Assembly (NCBI RefSeq): GCF_030684315.1
Contig: NC_081371.1
Location: 5,721,550-5,785,549 of the forward strand
Length of the DNA: 64,000 nucleotides
DNA from: Stegostoma tigrinum
Taxonomy: Eukaryota
Direction: 5' to 3'
The notes beneath the pieces are model-generated. The model ran no database searches, was not told the DNA's origin, and saw only the letters and a program-made list of their open reading frames with translations. Position 1 is the stretch's first letter, and each line of letters opens with the position of its first letter. Positions 61,936 through 64,000 of this stretch are shown here, in pieces. The translations under genes were made by a program, and so were the position numbers.

Positions 61936-64000
61936 TTTTAAGATGTAAATCTATTACTTCTGCTTGTATCCCCCACATCTTGCGTTCCTTTTTGTGTTCT
62001 CTTGGCCCACTTGTACCGCATTTAGTTCTTCATTTGCTTTGCGATCCCTTGGTCTGTGTGGCATAAACGGTATTGTTTAAAATCCCATGGAGTTTGTTAA
62101 TTGTCCTGAACAGCAGTGATGTGGCTAGCTGGTGATCTCCAATTTTTTTTCGCTGCTGCTGATCGGGTCGTATTATTTGCACCCGTAGGTTTTGTAATGT
62201 GGGAGTGGTCACGATTTTGCTTGTGAAGTTTATTGGGAGGGTTGGGGTTGAAATTAAGTGCAATAGGTACTGTGTGTATCCTTTGTGATATGTTACCAAC
62301 TCTGCAATATTTGCGCTTATTTTGTGGCCAAAATTGTGGCTCTGCCCCTCATTATCTTGAATTAAAGATAAAACTATGCCAATGGTTGGGTGAGGAAGTC
62401 CACATGGTGATGTTGCGTGAAACCGCACATAAGTGTGCCAGGATTGCTTTATCAGTCTTGGCAGATCTCTGTCCAGCTGACTGTAAAATTGGTTTTGGAT
62501 GACGGGTGGAAAAGATCAGCCTGAGTTCCAGCTTCTCTGTTTGCTCATTGACTGACTCACGGTGGCTAAGGCAGACGTGTGCATCAGATGAAGGCAAACG
62601 GTTTACACTTCCCATAGTGTCAATACTTATTGCCTGGACCATGCATAAAAAATGTCAGTTGGCTGAGGTAACTGAAGGGCTGCTGACAACATGCAGCACT
62701 TTATCCCAATCATTTCACTGGTTCTCACGTCTGGAGAGGAGAATGACAATTTGAAACTAAAATGAACAAGAACATTTGTGGACATTTAATATCTATGTGA
62801 GGTGTATAATTTTAATCAGCTTGCAAGCTTTCTTGGAAATATCTGTTGCAAGATTTGTTCTTTGCTAGTTTGTTCTACTTGACGTAGGGAATGTGAAAAA
62901 AAAGGCAACCCTTATTTTTCAGTGTGAGAGCACTCCTATGTTTTCTGTATCCTGTTTTTTGACTGCAAATGTCTAGGGAGACTTTTTTTTCTCCTAAGCA
63001 ATTTAGATTGATTTATTTTTGAAGTTTACACCCAGTATTATTATTCCTACAGCTAATCTGTATCCAATGATTCCATCTTGGAAGTACAGAGATTATTCTC
63101 CTATCTGAAATGATAGTTGAACTTAGTAGTTGGGTCTTTTTTATCACTTAGCACAGTTATGAAGTTGTGAAATCAATAGAAAATGTTTACATATAGACTC
63201 AGGTGAGCTCCTGCCAAAAGTTGAAGGCTCCTTAGATTGGAATAGCAATCGTATAAACTTGGTTTTCATGGCAGCAATGGACAAATTTTGTGAACCTCTT
63301 TTGGAATAACTGCATGTTTGATCCAAGTCCTGAGCATTTAACAAAATGATATGTCCATTTGTTTCTCTTCATATTTCTGTGTAACATATGAATTGGTCAT
63401 GTGTCGCTTCTTTAGGGCTGATGAGATATTCAGACACTTAAAAAACACAATGGAATAGCAACATTGAATACATGTGGATTAATGAATATAAGTATTGAGT
63501 TGCAATGTTATTATCTAATTGGTGGCTGCAGATATCTTAGACTTATAAATATCATGTTCACTTGCTGGGATAGGTTACTGTTATTGAGCCCTTTATCAAG
63601 TATCCTGTTTACGGTGGTGTTAAATGCTGTTTACTTTCTTGAAAGTAAGAGGTAAATTGAATTTTTATTGCTGTGCTACTTCACTGTTTTAAAACCATAA
63701 CATGGAAGATAGGTCTATTAAACCCAAGTAATATCAGCATTATAATTGTTCTTCCCAATGAGGAAAGCTATCTATAAAGGTGCTACTTTTATTTTGCTAG
63801 TCCCCACTCAATAACTTCACCTTGAAGTCATTTTGTACTGAATATCCATGGTCCTTCACTCACCTGATTTGCTGTCAATCCATAATTCTTTCTAATACAA
63901 TTCAATCCCTTCTATGAGAATAACTTCTTTCTCCCACAAATCTCTTTTCACTCTTCCGACTAGTCAATGTCCTTTCCTGCTCTACACTCTCTTATCAATG

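Overview
Eukaryotic (vertebrate), CpG-depleted, mostly intergenic DNA. The repeat complement (HE1/V-SINE-like and SacSINE1-like SINEs, many CR1 LINEs, Penelope-like elements, Gypsy/Gmr1 LTR relics) points to a cartilaginous fish, probably a shark (inference). Almost all listed ORFs are decayed transposon fragments or chance ORFs. The only host-gene signal is a CpG-island promoter at ~61.3-61.95 kb with a first coding exon (61756-61906, +) encoding a signal-peptide-like N-terminus of an unidentified protein. The most striking structure is a series of Penelope-like element (PLE) insertions from about four families. Nine of them, from 79 bp to 3.35 kb, share one architecture: two head-to-head inverted copies of the element 3' end, a 3' tail on only one arm, and 12-15 bp target-site duplications. 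The PLE 3' ends carry minimal hammerhead ribozyme motifs with a self-complementary (dimer-type) stem III, and the breakpoints of the short copies cluster at the ribozyme. Repeat boundaries were read by eye and are approximate unless a TSD is quoted.
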